A stretch of 64,000 bases of DNA from Antechinus flavipes (GCF_016432865.1 NC_067399.1:436604001-436668000); one strand, 5' to 3'; shown: positions 37,080 to 51,220, numbered from the stretch's first letter. Notes: generated by a model from the sequence alone, not told the origin. A program made the numbers and translations.

Positions 37080-37830
37080 GCCTCGCCAGTTCGGTGCAGC
37101 CACACCTCCGCTGCCCTCCCGGCAGCCCTGGCTCCGTAGCCCCACCCCCGCTCAGGATTGGCTGCGCCTGGCTTCGCTTCTCGCTCAGTGATTGGTCGTG
37201 GTGACCGTCGGTCTGGCGAGCTGGGCCCCGGCGGCGGCTGCTGAAGACGGAGCCATGAGCGGAAGGGCCTGAGCTCCGTTCCCAGCTTCAAGCTTGTACC
37301 CACTGCGGCGGTGGCGGCGGCGGCCCGGGAGCTGGGGCTGAGCCCTGAGCGCCGCCCGCCCGCCAGCCCGGACAGCCGCAGGGAGGACAGGTGAGGTGGC
37401 GGGGAGTAGCTTGGCCGGGGCACGAGAGCAGGCGGAGAGCCGGGGACCGCGGCTGGAGGGGTGGGGGATGAGGCGGAGGGTTCTTCTGTAAGAGGGGGAG
37501 GGGATGAAGCAGGGCATGAGCTAGCGGCTGGGCCCGGGGGGCTACGCCGGCCGGGGCAGCACCAGGGCGGCTGCGGGCCTCGGGAGGCCGGCTGCTCCTG
37601 GCACCGTGCCCCGCTCCTCCTCCCCGCCCGGAGAGTGCCGCATTCTGTCTGTCAGAGGCGCCGGAGGGACCCATGCTTGTGCCAGCGCCGCGGAGCCGGG
37701 CCAGGGCCGGGTCCGGGGCGCAGCATCGCGAGGCGGGTCCCCAGAACCGCCCCTCCCGTTCCGTCTGCCTGTGTGACCTTGGGCCAGCCCCTGCCGGCCC
37801 CTCGCTTAGCTTCTGTATGATGAGGGGGTT
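37080..37830 (+). promoter_or_regulatory. MAPK9: MAPK9 CpG-island promoter
   Basis: Only strongly GC/CpG-rich block in the window; inverted CCAAT boxes (ATTGG) at 37157-37161 and 37191-37195, 34 bp apart; CACCC/GC boxes; (GCG)n runs. Confidence 0.9.
37200..37390 (+). other. MAPK9: MAPK9 non-coding exon 1 (5' end approximate)
   Basis: Strong donor CAG|GTGAGG at 37390/37391 inside the CpG island; the next acceptor leads to the ATG exon. Confidence 0.75.
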
Positions 37831-39989
37831 TGCCCTCGAAGATCCCAGGGCCCCTGTAGCACCAGATCTTGGCAACCCAGCCCCCTCAGGACTCCCCTGC
37901 TGGGGCGGCTGGACATCCAGGTACTTTTATGTCCCACCCTGGTGCCTCCCTTCCCAGCTGTCACTCGTGGGCTCTCTCCTTCCCTCCCCCTCCCCATCTG
38001 GAGCCTCTTTGGGGACTGATGCCTCCCACTCCAGACTCTTGTACTTCATCTTGGAAAAAACAAGCCCTTGTGCTTTTCATCCCTTACTCATACTCGTTCT
38101 TTGAAAAGGTGAAATGAGAAAAACATTGTTATTACCTGAATTAAAATCACCTAGATTTAAGTCTCTTTTCCCAAATTCTTCAATTTTTGAAACATGGCAT
38201 AAAAATTTCAGATTCCGTTATTATTGGTGATAATTCTCATTATCGTATAGCTGTGTGAAGTGCTTTCCTCGCAACAACCTTGGGAAATACGTAGTGTAGA
38301 TATTATTATTCTCAATTTATAGAGTAGGGAACTTTGAGATTTTAAATGAAATGGCCTAAGTCACACACTTTAGTAGGAAGCAGAGTGGAGAATCAAATTT
38401 TGATCAAACCATATTGACATCTCCTAGCTTCAGTTTTCTCAGAAAAACTGCTGAACAGGACTTGGAGATATCTGAAATGAGAGAGTGACACTTTGTAGAG
38501 TGTCTTAAGAGAGGCCTTAGGCAAAGTTGTGCCTTCCTAGATTTTGAGCATCTTGAATTAGGTATGTTGCCAGTCTCTTCTTAGGGAACCTGGCAGACCA
38601 TTTTAGTGAATGAGGCAAAAAATGTCTTCCATGAAGAATCTTGTTTGTTAATTATAGGCAGAGACTTTTGGGATTGTTTAAGAAGAGAAATGGTTTAGCC
38701 CTTTTTAAAAATATCTTATTTGAGGCCATCTTTTTTATGGATTTGTTAGTAACTTGTAAGTTTTTCCCCCTTGTTCTGGCTCTTTGAGGCTCTTCAGCAC
38801 AGTGAAATTCATTTTAATTTGTTGCTATTTTTTAGATCTTGATACATTTCCTTTTGTTGGTAAATTTCCAGAACCAGCAGTAAGATGAATGTTAGCATTG
38901 ACAATCTTTTAGCTGTAATTTACTACAGTGCAAAAAGGGCATTTAATCCTGATTCAGTCAGAGTTCTTTCTTTTTTTTTCTATGCAGTCTCTCTCCACCC
39001 CCCTCCTTTTCAGAGGGCTCATTATAAGTTTAAAATCCCATTTTTAGCATTGTCTTCCCTAAGGAAATCATGATTCTCTTGTTCTCAAACTGTTGCTAAT
39101 TTAAAAAAAAAAAAGTTGTCAGACATGTAAATATGAGATACATTTAATCTTTGAAAAATTCATATATTTGTCTCAATAGTAACTCAAATCATATTTCTTC
39201 CATTTCATAGCATCAGAAATTCATTGTCCCAGATGTTAAATATGGAGCATTTATCAATTCTACAAAAGTTTCCAAAGCTAAGAACAATTCAGATTTAAAT
39301 TCCAACTTTTTTTCCCCTTTATAACAATTGCTGATCTAACAGTTGTGAAGCCTGTTTTTCTAAGCATATGGGGACTAAGATGATATATATATATATCATA
39401 AGTGAATGGTAATAGTACATAGATACAGGTTCTTCTGTGTTTTCACCTGTACTAAGAATATTTTTTAAAATGTCTAAATTCTTGTGAAATTTTCCCATGT
39501 TTTAAGGTGGGGATGGAGGAGGAAATCATGCAGATATTTTCCCCCAGAGTTTTCTATTACTAATTGAGTTTGAAAAGTCAAATCCCATGCGATTGAATTA
39601 TTTTTGAAAATATCAATTTTCTTAACACTTAAAAAAATTAAATATTGAACATTAAAGTAACATTTGATGTACATTTGACTTTATTTTAAATATTTCTTTA
39701 GCAATCCAGATTTTTTCACATATTTTTAAAAATTATTTATATCTGACATATTTTATTTTGATAGGATGAATTACTCAAAACTCTATCTACCTCCATAGTT
39801 CCCTATAAAAAGTTAAGCAACACTTCCTAAGATAGTCATCGCAATTGGCAGTATGTATCATTTTCCATTTTTGTGTTTTGTGTAACAAAAATTAAGGTTG
39901 TATGCTTTGACTTTAATAATATAAAATCAACATTATCTAGTGTATTTAACTTTAATTTTGCCACGACTTAAGATAAAAGTATTATCTTT

Positions 39990-40134
39990 TTTTTTTTTCT
40001 TTTAGGTGAGGCCATTGAGGTTAAGTGACTTGCCCAGAATCACACAGCTAGGAAGTATTAAGTGTCAGACCACATTTGAACTCGGGTCCTCCTAACTTAA
40101 GGGCTTATGCTCTATCCACTGTGCTAGGTACCCC
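39990..40134 (-). mobile_element. WSINE1 with 12-bp TSD
   Basis: TSD AGTATTATCTTT (39978-39989, 40135-40146); T-tail and reverse WSINE1 body. Confidence 0.88.
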
Positions 40135-40489
40135 AGTATTATCTTTAAGATACACAATGACTTAGGATCATACATTTAGAGTTGGAAGAGGCTTCAGAGG
40201 CCATCACATCCACTTCTTTCATTTTACAAATTTCTTAAATATTTGAGAGGAGTTTGGCTTTCTTGACTAAAGATCTTTCTATATTTCACTGAATTTTTCA
40301 TATTTTCTGTTCCCTCTGGTGTACTATCTCATACACTACACCACATTTCTTTCAGTCATTCCTTAGTCATTAGGCTCAAAGCATGTAAATGGCAATTGTT
40401 TCTGTTTTTCAGAAATCCAAGGGTCTTCCCCACCCAGTTTGACTTGTGTATATGTATCTATGCATGCTTGTATACTTTTTTAAAAAACA

Positions 40490-40820
40490 AAAACTAGGTA
40501 AGAAACCTTTCCCTGCCGTCTGGGCGTTTTTTCAAACTGACCTCTTAAAGACTTTAGCTTTAAAAGGCTAAGATCTCCCACTATATCCAGGCCTATCTTC
40601 AGTTATCTTGATCTATATTTTTCCACTGGACCCAGATGGTTCTGGAGGAGAAAGTGAGACTAGCGACTTTGTACAGCCCTCTCTTACTTAAATCAAATTC
40701 AGTTGTATATCATGGCATCATTTCCCTGATGTCATGGTCCTCAAATCCAATTCACTTGGACGTCATAGCATCATCTTCCTGATGTTATTAAGGTCCTCTT
40801 CAAGAATGAAAGACACAGAA
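40490..40820 (+). mobile_element. Marsupial RTE-related SINE/non-autonomous element (MAR2/WALLSI-like), partial
   Basis: GGACCCAGATGGTTCTGGAGGAGAAAGTGAG...GGTCCTCTTCAAGAATGAA tail; a homologous copy lies at ~49020-49500. Confidence 0.6.
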
Positions 40821-43229
40821 GTCATTGGGCACATAGTTTCTTTCCCTTTTTGACTTAAAAATATTATGACTATGGCTATTTTAATGCATTCACGTCCTTT
40901 CTTTTATTGATTTCCTTGGAAAATACATCCAGTATTAAAATTTCTGGGTAAAAAGCTATAAATGGTTTATCTTCATTTCTTGAATAATTCCATCCTGTTT
41001 ACCAAATGTGTTGGACTAATTCATACCTTAAGCAGTGAAGTAGGGTGCTTTGTCTCTCTTTATCTCTCCAGCATATTTTCATTATTTCATAAGGAAAGAT
41101 TTTTGAGAAAATGTAAAAAAGCAAGTATTAATTTTCCTGGAGCAATATAGGAGAAGAAGACCAGGACTTGGAATTGGGATTTTGATATTGTTGCCTAGCT
41201 TTGGATATTGCCCATGGACAAATTACTTAATGTTTCAACTTTACTGGGTATATCTGTAAAATGGAAATAATATCTATATTACTTTAGATATTATTTCCAT
41301 TTTGCAGATTAAAAAACTAAGGTAAAGTGAATTTATACAGCTGATTCTGAAATGCAACCAGTTGTGACTTCTACAGTATTTTACCCCATTGAAGGTTGGG
41401 TTGGGGAAAGGATATTAATCTATAGTTCTATAATTGAATTTTGATTCATGTCATCTGTTATAAAACAAAGGCAAATGAATCATGCTGAATGACCTTGGGT
41501 AGGTAATTTTAAATCTCTGGCCATAAGTCACTCAAATAAAGGAGTGAGTAAGACTAGCTGATGTTCCTTCTAATGTTAAAACTTGATATAGTAATCATTT
41601 TCTTTAGTCTTAACAAATCATCTAGAATTAAAATTTTAGAGTTGAAACGGATCTTAAAATTTTAGTTCTACTACAGCTATTAAATGACTTGTCTTGGATT
41701 GGACTAGTGGATGGGTAGAGAATAAAGCTCAAGATTACTGCCCTTGGCCATCTTCTTGTTTCTCCTGCCTTCTTATTTAAGAACATCCTAGATTACAAAA
41801 ATGTACTTTTAGATTTTTAAAAAAATCTTGTTTATTGTTTCGCAGAGTTGTTCATTCTATTAGTTCATATACTCCTTTTGTTAGATTTTGCATAGAATAG
41901 TATAAATATGTATGCTATTTAGTGCATTTTCACTAAAGTCCTTCTTGAATATCTCATCAATGTATGGAGATGACTGTATTCTGTAGAGATATTTCACCAA
42001 AATGAAAACTCCAGTAAGTCCTACTAAACTAGAATGGATTTATTAGTCCAGCAACACAATTTCTGCCTATTGACTGAGGAGTGTTCTACCAAATTTAGAA
42101 AAGTTCATCATTAGAAATTTGGCTACCATATGGTTGGGATGTGTTGTTTATTTTGTTTTTGTCACAGCAACTCATAAAACATCCATTGAGACATGAAAGA
42201 GTAGAGGATCCATTTTGGAGCCAATCCCCAAATTTTGCAGTCACAGTTCCTTGCAATATTGAACTAATTAATAATATATTTGTAAAAGAAACAGATGGTC
42301 ATTATAGTTTCAAAGTTATCCATTGCAGTTATCCAGTGGAACAGTAAACATATTTTAGGTCACAAAAATGTTATTGTGCTAAAGATATTTTTGGACCTAT
42401 TTGCCATTATTTAGTAAATGAATTTTAGCTGCTCTTTGGGGATAAGGTATTATTGATTCCTGGCCTCTTTCCCCTATACTGTTCCAGAAAAATTAATACT
42501 TGATTTTTTATATTTCCTCAGCCTTGTTTGCCTTTTTCTCAAATATCTTTATGAAGCAATGAAAATGTGCTGGAGGGATGAAGAGAGACAAAGTACCCTA
42601 CTTCATAGTATAAAAGAATCCAACATAATAAAAGCATAGAAATCAGAGAGCAGTAATGGAGAAGAAAGGAGAGGGTGTGTTTTCGTGTATGTATGTGTGC
42701 ACGCCCACATGCATGAGTGTATGTATGCACATGCATGTTCATGTCATCCTCACAAATGTTATAAAACCCAAATAAAACTAGATTCAACCAATGCTATAGT
42801 TTGTGTGGAGTGAAGCAAGTCACAGAATTAAGTTCATACCAAGGATTTACTCTTACCCCATCCTACCCTAGAATAGGGGATCAACTAGGATGAGTCTAGA
42901 TTTAACTCAAACATCTATAGTTTCTATGTCCAAATTAGTCCATATCAATATTTAGTTTAATAATTAGTCCAGATTAATAATCAAGATTTTAAAATTGTAA
43001 GTTCCTTGATCAAAGATTTAGGAAAGTAATTTCATGTCATCCTCACAAATGTGATAAAACACATCTGCAGCAGAATGAAGATAATATATGTAAAGCACTT
43101 ATTATAGCGTTCTCAGGCACTTTGTATTATCACATTTTACATTTTATTTTCTATAGTAAAGAAATTGAGACATGTACACAGGACATGATGATTTTGTAGT
43201 GTCTACTATGTGTTAGTAAATGCCAGAGA

Positions 43230-43930
43230 CTGCTTTTGAACTCAGGAAGAGGATTTCTTATTAGGATAAAACCACAAAAAATTGAATAGAGGTAAATATG
43301 AAACCCACACTTTTTGAATAATCAGTTGTATAAGTATAGAATGAGAAAGGTAAGGTTTCTCAGCAGTAGGTGTTTACATAAGAACAGAGACTAAGGAAGA
43401 AAATTAGGATTTTAGTTTGAGCCAAAGTTCTATATGAGTCAGTGTAATATGATTTCAAAAGAAACTTAAATCATCAACTGCCTTAGCAGGAAAATTTCTA
43501 TTTTGCTGACAATCCAACTATATTCTGATATGATAGAAGACATCATGTTTCTTTCAGAACCATATTTTAAGGGCGACATTGACAGATCAGCATGTACTCA
43601 GAGGAAGGATACAGAATGATGAAGAAACCATGCCCGTTGACTAAGAGTTAAAAGAATAAGCTATGTTAGGAATAAGCTTAGAGAAGAGAAGATAAAGAAC
43701 TGTTGTGGTAGTTAAATCCAAACATTTGAAGGATTGTTACATACATGAAGAATTAGGCTAATTCTTCATTTCTTGAAATTTCTAAGCATTTGATGTTACA
43801 GAATATAATTTTGGCTCTCGCCATATAAAGATCTTTAGAATCTATAAAGTTCTCTAACATACTGCAAAAGGGTTTCTTCTTGAGGCTGAAGGTTTTACTA
43901 CATTATATTTAAGGCTCCTTCTAATGCTAA
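43230..43930 (+). mobile_element. Ancient CR1/L3 3' fragment
   Basis: Degenerate L3-type text (TTTTAAGGGCGACATTGACAG...CAGAGGAAGG, AGAGAAGAGAAG...TTTGAAGGATTGTTAC). Confidence 0.55.
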
Positions 43931-45499
43931 CATTGTGTCATTCTGATGGGAATAAAGAAGAATGGTAAAGAAAGGTCTTAGTGTAGCTCTAGATAGATAA
44001 GAGCTATTGAATTTGAAGTCTGTCTTCTAAATATTTCCCCAAGTCCTTTTTGTCTAGCATAGGCCCGGCTGGGCATCAAGATATAGTAGGTAGAAAGTCA
44101 ATCTTAAAACCAGAGAAATTTGAATTTGGCCCTGCCTGACACACATTACTAGCTATTTGTTCCTGAGCATGTCACTTAACTTCTCAGTGTTGTAAGTAGT
44201 TCTGTAAGATTATAAATTGAAAAAGTGTTGATCTTCCTTGGTAGAGGAAGTTTACTTAAATTGAAGTTCTTTATACTATTGAAATTATAGGGTCAGCCCC
44301 TATTTCCTATTCTATAATTTTTGGCTGATTTTTAATTTGCTGCTTTGAAGTTTTACTTTGTTATGGTTCTTTCTGATATGGGTAGACTACCTACCTACCT
44401 TGAAGACACTTATTCCTTATGAAAATTACTATGTAGTTATAACTAATTGTTAGAGTTGAGCAATAAATCAGAGGCAAATTAATTTGAAAAACTGTGTCCC
44501 ACTCCTGACCTAAATAGTTGATAGTTGTTTCTGTATTTCTATTTGCTGTTAATAGCTGAAGCTGGTACATTCTGCTCCAAGTTCTGGCTCTCAATCTGGA
44601 AGAAAAAAAAAATTAGATCAAATCCCATAATTTTTTGTTAGATAAAGTAGAAAAATATCCAAGCTTCAGCCAGTGTTCTTCATTTTAGCTGAATAGAGCA
44701 ATGTTTGTGTTAGCTGATATGTCCATTTTTTAAGCACCATTTTGTAGGTATTTTCTGTGATGCTCATGAAGCAGCCAGAATTGAAAATATTGTCATATAA
44801 ACATGGACTAGAAGTTGGAAAATCTGGGTTCGAGTTCCACAATTGTATGACCTTAAACAAGTTATTTTACCTCTTTAGTCTTTTTCCTTTCCTGAGGTCA
44901 GTAGGTGTCATAGTAGATAAAAGACTGGACTTGGAATCAGGAAGACCTGGCTTTGTCCCTTTCCTCAGATACTTTTAACTGCATAATGCTGGGCAAGTCA
45001 GCCCCTATTTGCCTGCGTTTCCTCCTTTATAAAATAGGAATAATAATAGCACTTACCTTCCAAGTTTGTTATGAGGATCAAATGAAATGATGATATGTAA
45101 ATTGCCATGCAAACTTTAATGTGCTAGCTTAAAGACACTAGCTATTAAATATCAGACATTTTTAAAATGGATAGTGCATTATCTGCATAGTAATATTTTG
45201 CAGAAAGCACCTTTTAAACCACACAATGTAGTATTTTGTACATTTATTACTATTATTATTTGTTGATGGTGAGAATGGCTAGACCAGAGAACATCTGGAG
45301 TCTAGAAATTATAAAGCCACAGTACCTCTACATTGACATAGTTCAGAAAATCAAGGGAAATGCTGGACTCAGATGCAGCACAAGGTGCAGAGGCATTCAG
45401 CAATGTTCACCTTCTCTACACGATATTTCAATGAGACAATCCTTAAATTTAGGGGGAGCTGTACCACATCAAGTTTAGTCATATCAGTGTGCTGATGCA

Positions 45500-48330
45500 T
45501 TTCATAGATTTTCCTGTTAGCTATTTCTGCCTATATAGTTATCCCTTCTCCAATACTTTCTATACTCTTCTAATTTAAGTGCTAATTCCTATTCCTTTAT
45601 CATCTAGAAACATCTGCCTTCTGCTTTTTAGCATAACTTTTATCTGGTCAACTGAGGTAAGCGAGCTAACTTGTCGACAAGTATTACTTTCTTCATTTTT
45701 ATTTAGTCATTCAAGAACAGGAAGAGTAAGAGCCAAACCACTTCACAGTTTTTCCAGCAATTTTTGTCAGATAATGAGTTATTTTCTTAAAAGCTTGGAT
45801 CTTTGGGTTTATCAAACATTCTATTACTGTAGTTACTTAGTTCTGTTTATTGTATACCTAATCTAATCTACTGATCCACTACTCTGTTTCTTAGCCAGTA
45901 ACAGATTGTTTTCATGATTGCTGCTTTATAATAAATTTTGTAATAAATTTAGGCTACCTTCCTTCATTTTTTTTCATTTATTCCATTGATATTCATAACT
46001 TTTTTCTTTTTTAAAAATTTTCAATAGTATTTTATTTTCAAAATACATGTAAAGATAGTTTCCAACATTTGTTTTTATAAGATTTGGGGTTCCAAATTTT
46101 TTTCTTTCCCTCCCTTACTTCCTTCTCCCCAAGACAGCAAGTAATTAATGTGTGTATATATATATATATGTATGTATATATATATATATATATATATGTA
46201 TATAGTCTTTTTTAAAAAATACAATTTTTTTTTTTTACTAGCTCTATAAAATAAGTTCTTGGTTGTTTGCTTGATATGATACTGAATAAATTAGTTTAGG
46301 CAGAATTGTTATTTTTTAAATAGTGATTCAGTCTACCCTAAGCAATTAGTATTTTTCTAATTATTCAGATATGACTTTGTTAGTATGAAAAGTGTTCTGT
46401 AATTGCATTATAAAGTTCCTGGGTTGTTTTGGCAAATAGGTTTCTGAGTGTTTTCTATTTTCTACACATACTTCCCTATTTCAATATAAGTCACCACTAT
46501 TCTTCACAGGGTTATTTTTTGGTTGCATTTTGACTTCCAACCCTTTCAACTCCACATTATAGAAGGCCAGCATTTGACATACACATATATATGTGGAGCT
46601 ATGCAATCCATAATTTTATATAACAATTCTTTCTCTGGAGATCGGTAACATTTTCCTTTGTAAGTCCTTCATTTGATTTCAATATTCAAGTTACTCAGGA
46701 TAGTTTAATTTTTTTACAGTTATTCTTTGAACAATATTACTGCACAATTTATTCAGCCATACCCTAATTGATGGGCAGCCCCTTAATTTCCAGTTTTTTG
46801 CCACCACAAAGAGAACTGTAATAAATATTTTAGAACATATAGATTCTTTTCTGTTTTCCCTGATCACCTTGGAAAACAGACCTGACTGGTGTTGCTGGAT
46901 CAGAGGTACAGTTTTTTTTTCTTTTCTTTGTTTTTTTATTATAACTTTTTTATTGACAGAACATATGCCTGGGTAATTTTTTACATTATCCCTTGCACTC
47001 AGTTCTGTTCCCATTTTTCCCCTCCCCCAGATGGCAAGCAGTCTTATACGTGTTAAATATGTTATAGTATATCCTAGGCACAATATATGTGTGCAGAACC
47101 GAACAGTTCTCTTGTTGCACAGGGAGAAATGGATTCAGAAGGTAAAAATAACCTGGGAAGAAAAACAAAAATGCAAAAAAAAAAAAAACATTCATTTCCC
47201 AGTGTTCTTTTTCTGGGTGTAGCTGCTTCTGTCCATCACTGGTCAATTGGAACTGAGTTAGATGATCTCTTTGTCGAAGATATCCGCTTCTATCAGAATA
47301 CATCCTCATACAGTATCATTGTTGAAGTATATAATGATCTCCTGGTTCTGCTCATATCACTCAGCATCAGTTCATGAAAGCCACTCCAAGTCTCTCTGTT
47401 TTCATCCTGCTGGTCATTTCTTATAGAACAATAATATTCCATAACATTTATATACCACAATTTACCCAATCATTCTCCAATTGAGGGGCAGCCATTCAAT
47501 TTCCAGTTTCTAGCCACTACAAAGAGGGCTGCCACAAACATTTCGGCACATACAGGTCCCTTTCCCTTCTTTAGTATTTCTTTGGGATATGGCCCAGTAG
47601 AAACATTGCTGGATCAAAGGGTATTCACAGTTTGATAACTTTTGAGGCATAATTCCAGATTGCTCTCCAGAATGGTTGGATTCATTCATATCTCCACCAA
47701 CAATGCGTCAAGGTACATATAGTTTTAAAAATCTTTGGGCAAGATGATTGGATCAGTTCACAATTCCACCAGCAGTATGTTAGTATCCTAGTTTTTTCAT
47801 ATCCCCTCCAACATTTATCATTTTTCCCTTCTATCAATTTTAGTCAGTCTCATAGATATGAAGTGGTACCACAGAATTGTTTTAATTCACATTTCTTTAA
47901 TTGATGACGATTTAGAGCATTTTTTTCACATGATTGTAAATAACTTTGATTTCTTCCAAAAACTGCTGTTCATATCCTTTGACCATTTACCAATTGGGTA
48001 ATGGTTCATACTATAAATTTAATTCAGTTATCTATGTATTTGAGACATGCCTCAAATTCCTTTATCCTAGAAACTATCAGTACAATATTTTTTTTTTTTT
48101 TGCCAATTTCTTGCCTTCTGAACTTGGTTACATTGGTTTTATTTGTAAAAAGCCTTTTCATTTAATGCATATTTTGGTAAATGATGTAAGATATAAGATA
48201 TTAGCCCATACCTAGTTTCTGCCAGATTGCTTTCCAGTTTCCTAGCAGTTTTTCAAATAATGAGTTGTTATTCCAAAAGCTTAGATCTTTACATTTGTCA
48301 AATGATTGTATTATCTTTTAATTGCTACTA
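45500..48330 (-). mobile_element. Stack of nested antisense L1 fragments
   Basis: Old L1 text interrupted by younger 3' ends at ~46000-46230 and 46911-47710. Confidence 0.7.
46911..47710 (-). mobile_element. Younger 800-bp L1 3' fragment inserted into an older L1
   Basis: T-tail, well-preserved 3' UTR with CpGs; flanking AGGTACA at 46904-46910 and 47711-47717. Confidence 0.8.
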
Positions 48331-48404
48331 TGAGGCTTTATCAAAAGCTTGTATGTGTATACACACATACATAAACACATATGAAGTTAATAATTGCTTC
48401 TTGG

Positions 48405-48640
48405 AGGCAGCTGATGACACAGTAGATAGAGCACTGGGCTTGGAATCAGGAAGATCTGAGTTCATATCTGGACTCAAACAAGTCAGTTAACCTCTGTTTC
48501 AGTTTTCTCAGCTGTAGAATGGGAATAATAATGGTACCTACTTTGCAGTGTTATTTTTGAGGAGCAGATGAGAGGGAGAGATTTGTAAGAAGCATTTAGC
48601 ACAGTGTCTGACATATCAAGTGGGTGCTATATAAATGTTT
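48405..48640 (+). mobile_element. MIR-type SINE
   Basis: GGAGGCAGCTG head, GGAATCAGGAAGATCTGAGTTC box B region, MIR tail. Confidence 0.75.
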
Positions 48641-49019
48641 ATTCTCTTCCCTTCCCTTTCCTTTTCTTACTTAGCAGAAGACTCCTAAGTAAGAATTAGG
48701 TACACCTTGGGAAAGGATATATTCCTTCTCTTGTTAGGAAGTGTAAGAATGGGAGCTATTGAAAATTACATTATTCGTCTAGAAGATGTGGGTAGTGATG
48801 CTATTAAAAGACATGGAAGAGCAACATTTTCCTTGTCTTTTAGATAATTCTAAAAATAACAGTTATGGGTAATGAATTAGTAATAGAAAGGATAGAATTT
48901 TATTAACTTGAAGTAGGTTCACTGTTTGGATTTACTGTTTGACTCCTCTCCAAAAAATGAAAGTTTGAAAATTATTACAATTAAAGCAAATAAATCATTA
49001 TCCTTTGGGGGCTAGGATG

Positions 49020-49500
49020 GAACTATACTTTCTTATGTAAGGAATCATAATCCAGATCATTCTGGGTTCAGTGATTGGTAGGTAGATAATGAGTCCCAAC
49101 CCAAGCTTCAGTTGATCATTGTTGGGGTTTTGTTGGCTCAGAGAAAGTATAAATAGCAGTCATTTCCAGGCTGGAAATCCTGAGAGTTTCCCCTCCCAGA
49201 TTTTTTTTTTATTAAAGTAGGTAAAAGAGGCCATTCTTTGTCACATTTCTTACCTAGCCTTAATCATTGAATGGTGGTTGTCTCAGATAATCAGAGACCT
49301 GGGAAAGATCTTAGCTTAAAAAGGCCAAAGTCTCCCACTGCGTCATTCTGAATGTGTGTCTTGCCATTGGACTCAAATGGCTCTGGAGAAGAGACTGAGG
49401 CTGGTGTCTTATTAAATTCAATTCACTTGCAAGTTAAGACATCACTTTTCTGATGTCATTGGTTCTCTTCAAGAATGAAGAAAAAACAATAGCAACAGAA
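49020..49500 (+). mobile_element. Marsupial RTE-related SINE/non-autonomous element (same family as 40490-40820)
   Basis: Shared TTAAAA.GGC.AAG.TCTCCCACT and CTCTTCAAGAATGAA blocks. Confidence 0.6.
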
Positions 49501-50559
49501 TAAACAAGGATAATTCCTGCTATGGTCAACCTGGATAACATATGAGATTCTTGGACAATAGGTAAACATTCTTTCATTGGTCCTTTTTTATGTAAAGCTT
49601 AGTTGTCTTGATTGGAATATTAATCTATATACTTCTGTCTCTGAATGTTTGAGCACCCAGGGTCATTGCTGTTAGACTTAATGAAGTCAATCTCGTATCA
49701 CTTCCCCAAAACACTCAACACAAAGAAGCAGCATTAGGAGGCAATCTGGTTTCTGTTGAAAGAATTTGGAGTTTTAAAAAGTGGGTTTTAATCCCATCTT
49801 TCCCAAAATCCTATCCTCTTGATGCTAATACCTCCTTTTCAAGATTATCTTCAATTTATCCTGTGTATATTTGTGTTTGTGGATAGTTTGCATGTAGTCT
49901 TTCTCATTAGACTGTGAATTTGAGAGTGAGAACTGGAGGAAGTTGGAGGTACCTTATTTTTTTCCCCAGTTCTAAACTTATGATTTGTATAGTTCATTAA
50001 ATGGTGATTTAGAAAGTGTCTTCCACCTCCAATTGAAACAGAAGATCAGTTGATTATATAAGGAAACTAATAACAAGAAAATAATAATCCCATATAATCC
50101 CATTATGGTAGTACTAACAGTGCTAATAATAATGTGTCCCTTGTTTCTCCAAAGGTAGTTTCTTGAATTCCAGTTTATTAAAGTTCTACAGGAAAAGAAT
50201 TACTTTCATTTCATAATGAAGGGATTTATTCATGAACCGTCAAAATTTCTTAAAGCAGGTCTCAGTATTAGTATGTTTCTTAAGCTTTTCAGTAAAGCTT
50301 ATCACATTGTTTTATGTTGTCTAGTTACATACATATAGGTAAACCTCAATTCTGAAGTGGATTATATTCTAAAAGTTCCTTGTGTGGCTAGAAAGTAATT
50401 TCATATAAATAATATTTATGTAAATTAGGCTCAAGGCCTACTTTATAAAAATGATAGCATATGCACCTGCTTCTTTCAATTTTAAACCATTGTAGTATTG
50501 CCCACTTATATTCTGGAATAGTTATTGACAAGGTACAGATCTCATAATTTGGTATCAGA

Positions 50560-50940
50560 CAGTGGAGGTTAGAGCTGATTGAGGTGGCACACCAATGGAG
50601 AGGCAGCCAATTGAACCTCCTACTCCTCCTTCCTTCTTCCATAGATCTGGAGTTCATTCAATTCTAGACAATAGAAAAGTAACTGGGATAGGATTTTTCT
50701 TTAGATATGAGGAACGGAAATAGATGTTTCAAGGATTTAGAGAAAGAAAGTATAGAGTCTAAGATTATCTCCAAGACTCCTATCCTTTCTATATATTGCT
50801 TCTGACCAAGATCCCTCTCTTCTCTTTGGCTGTTAATGTCTGAAAGAAGGACTTCTTTTGTGATAACATTTGTGATTTTATGTTTTTGAGGGCCAGAAGA
50901 TACCCTAATTTCCATCTTCATTGAAAATTAATTCTCATAA
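50560..50940 (-). mobile_element. Possible old RTE (BovB-like) ORF C-terminal remnant
   Basis: Minus-strand peptides KITNVITKEVLL and MEEGRRSRRFNWL resemble RTE C-terminal motifs; heavily degenerate. Confidence 0.35.
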
Positions 50941-51004
50941 GTAGTTTTTAAAAATAGAAAAATACTAAAATAGATAAGAATAAATCATAAATTAATAAGA
51001 ATAA

Positions 51005-51220
<216 letters not shown>

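Noticed and set aside
37049-38117. Several overlapping 60-195 aa ORFs on both strands in the CpG island
   Set aside because: Stop-poor GC-rich sequence giving Pro/Ala/Gly/Arg-rich translations with no domain similarity.
40690-40798. Diverged ~53-bp tandem duplication inside an RTE-related SINE tail
   Set aside because: An old slippage event within a dead repeat, with no sign of function.
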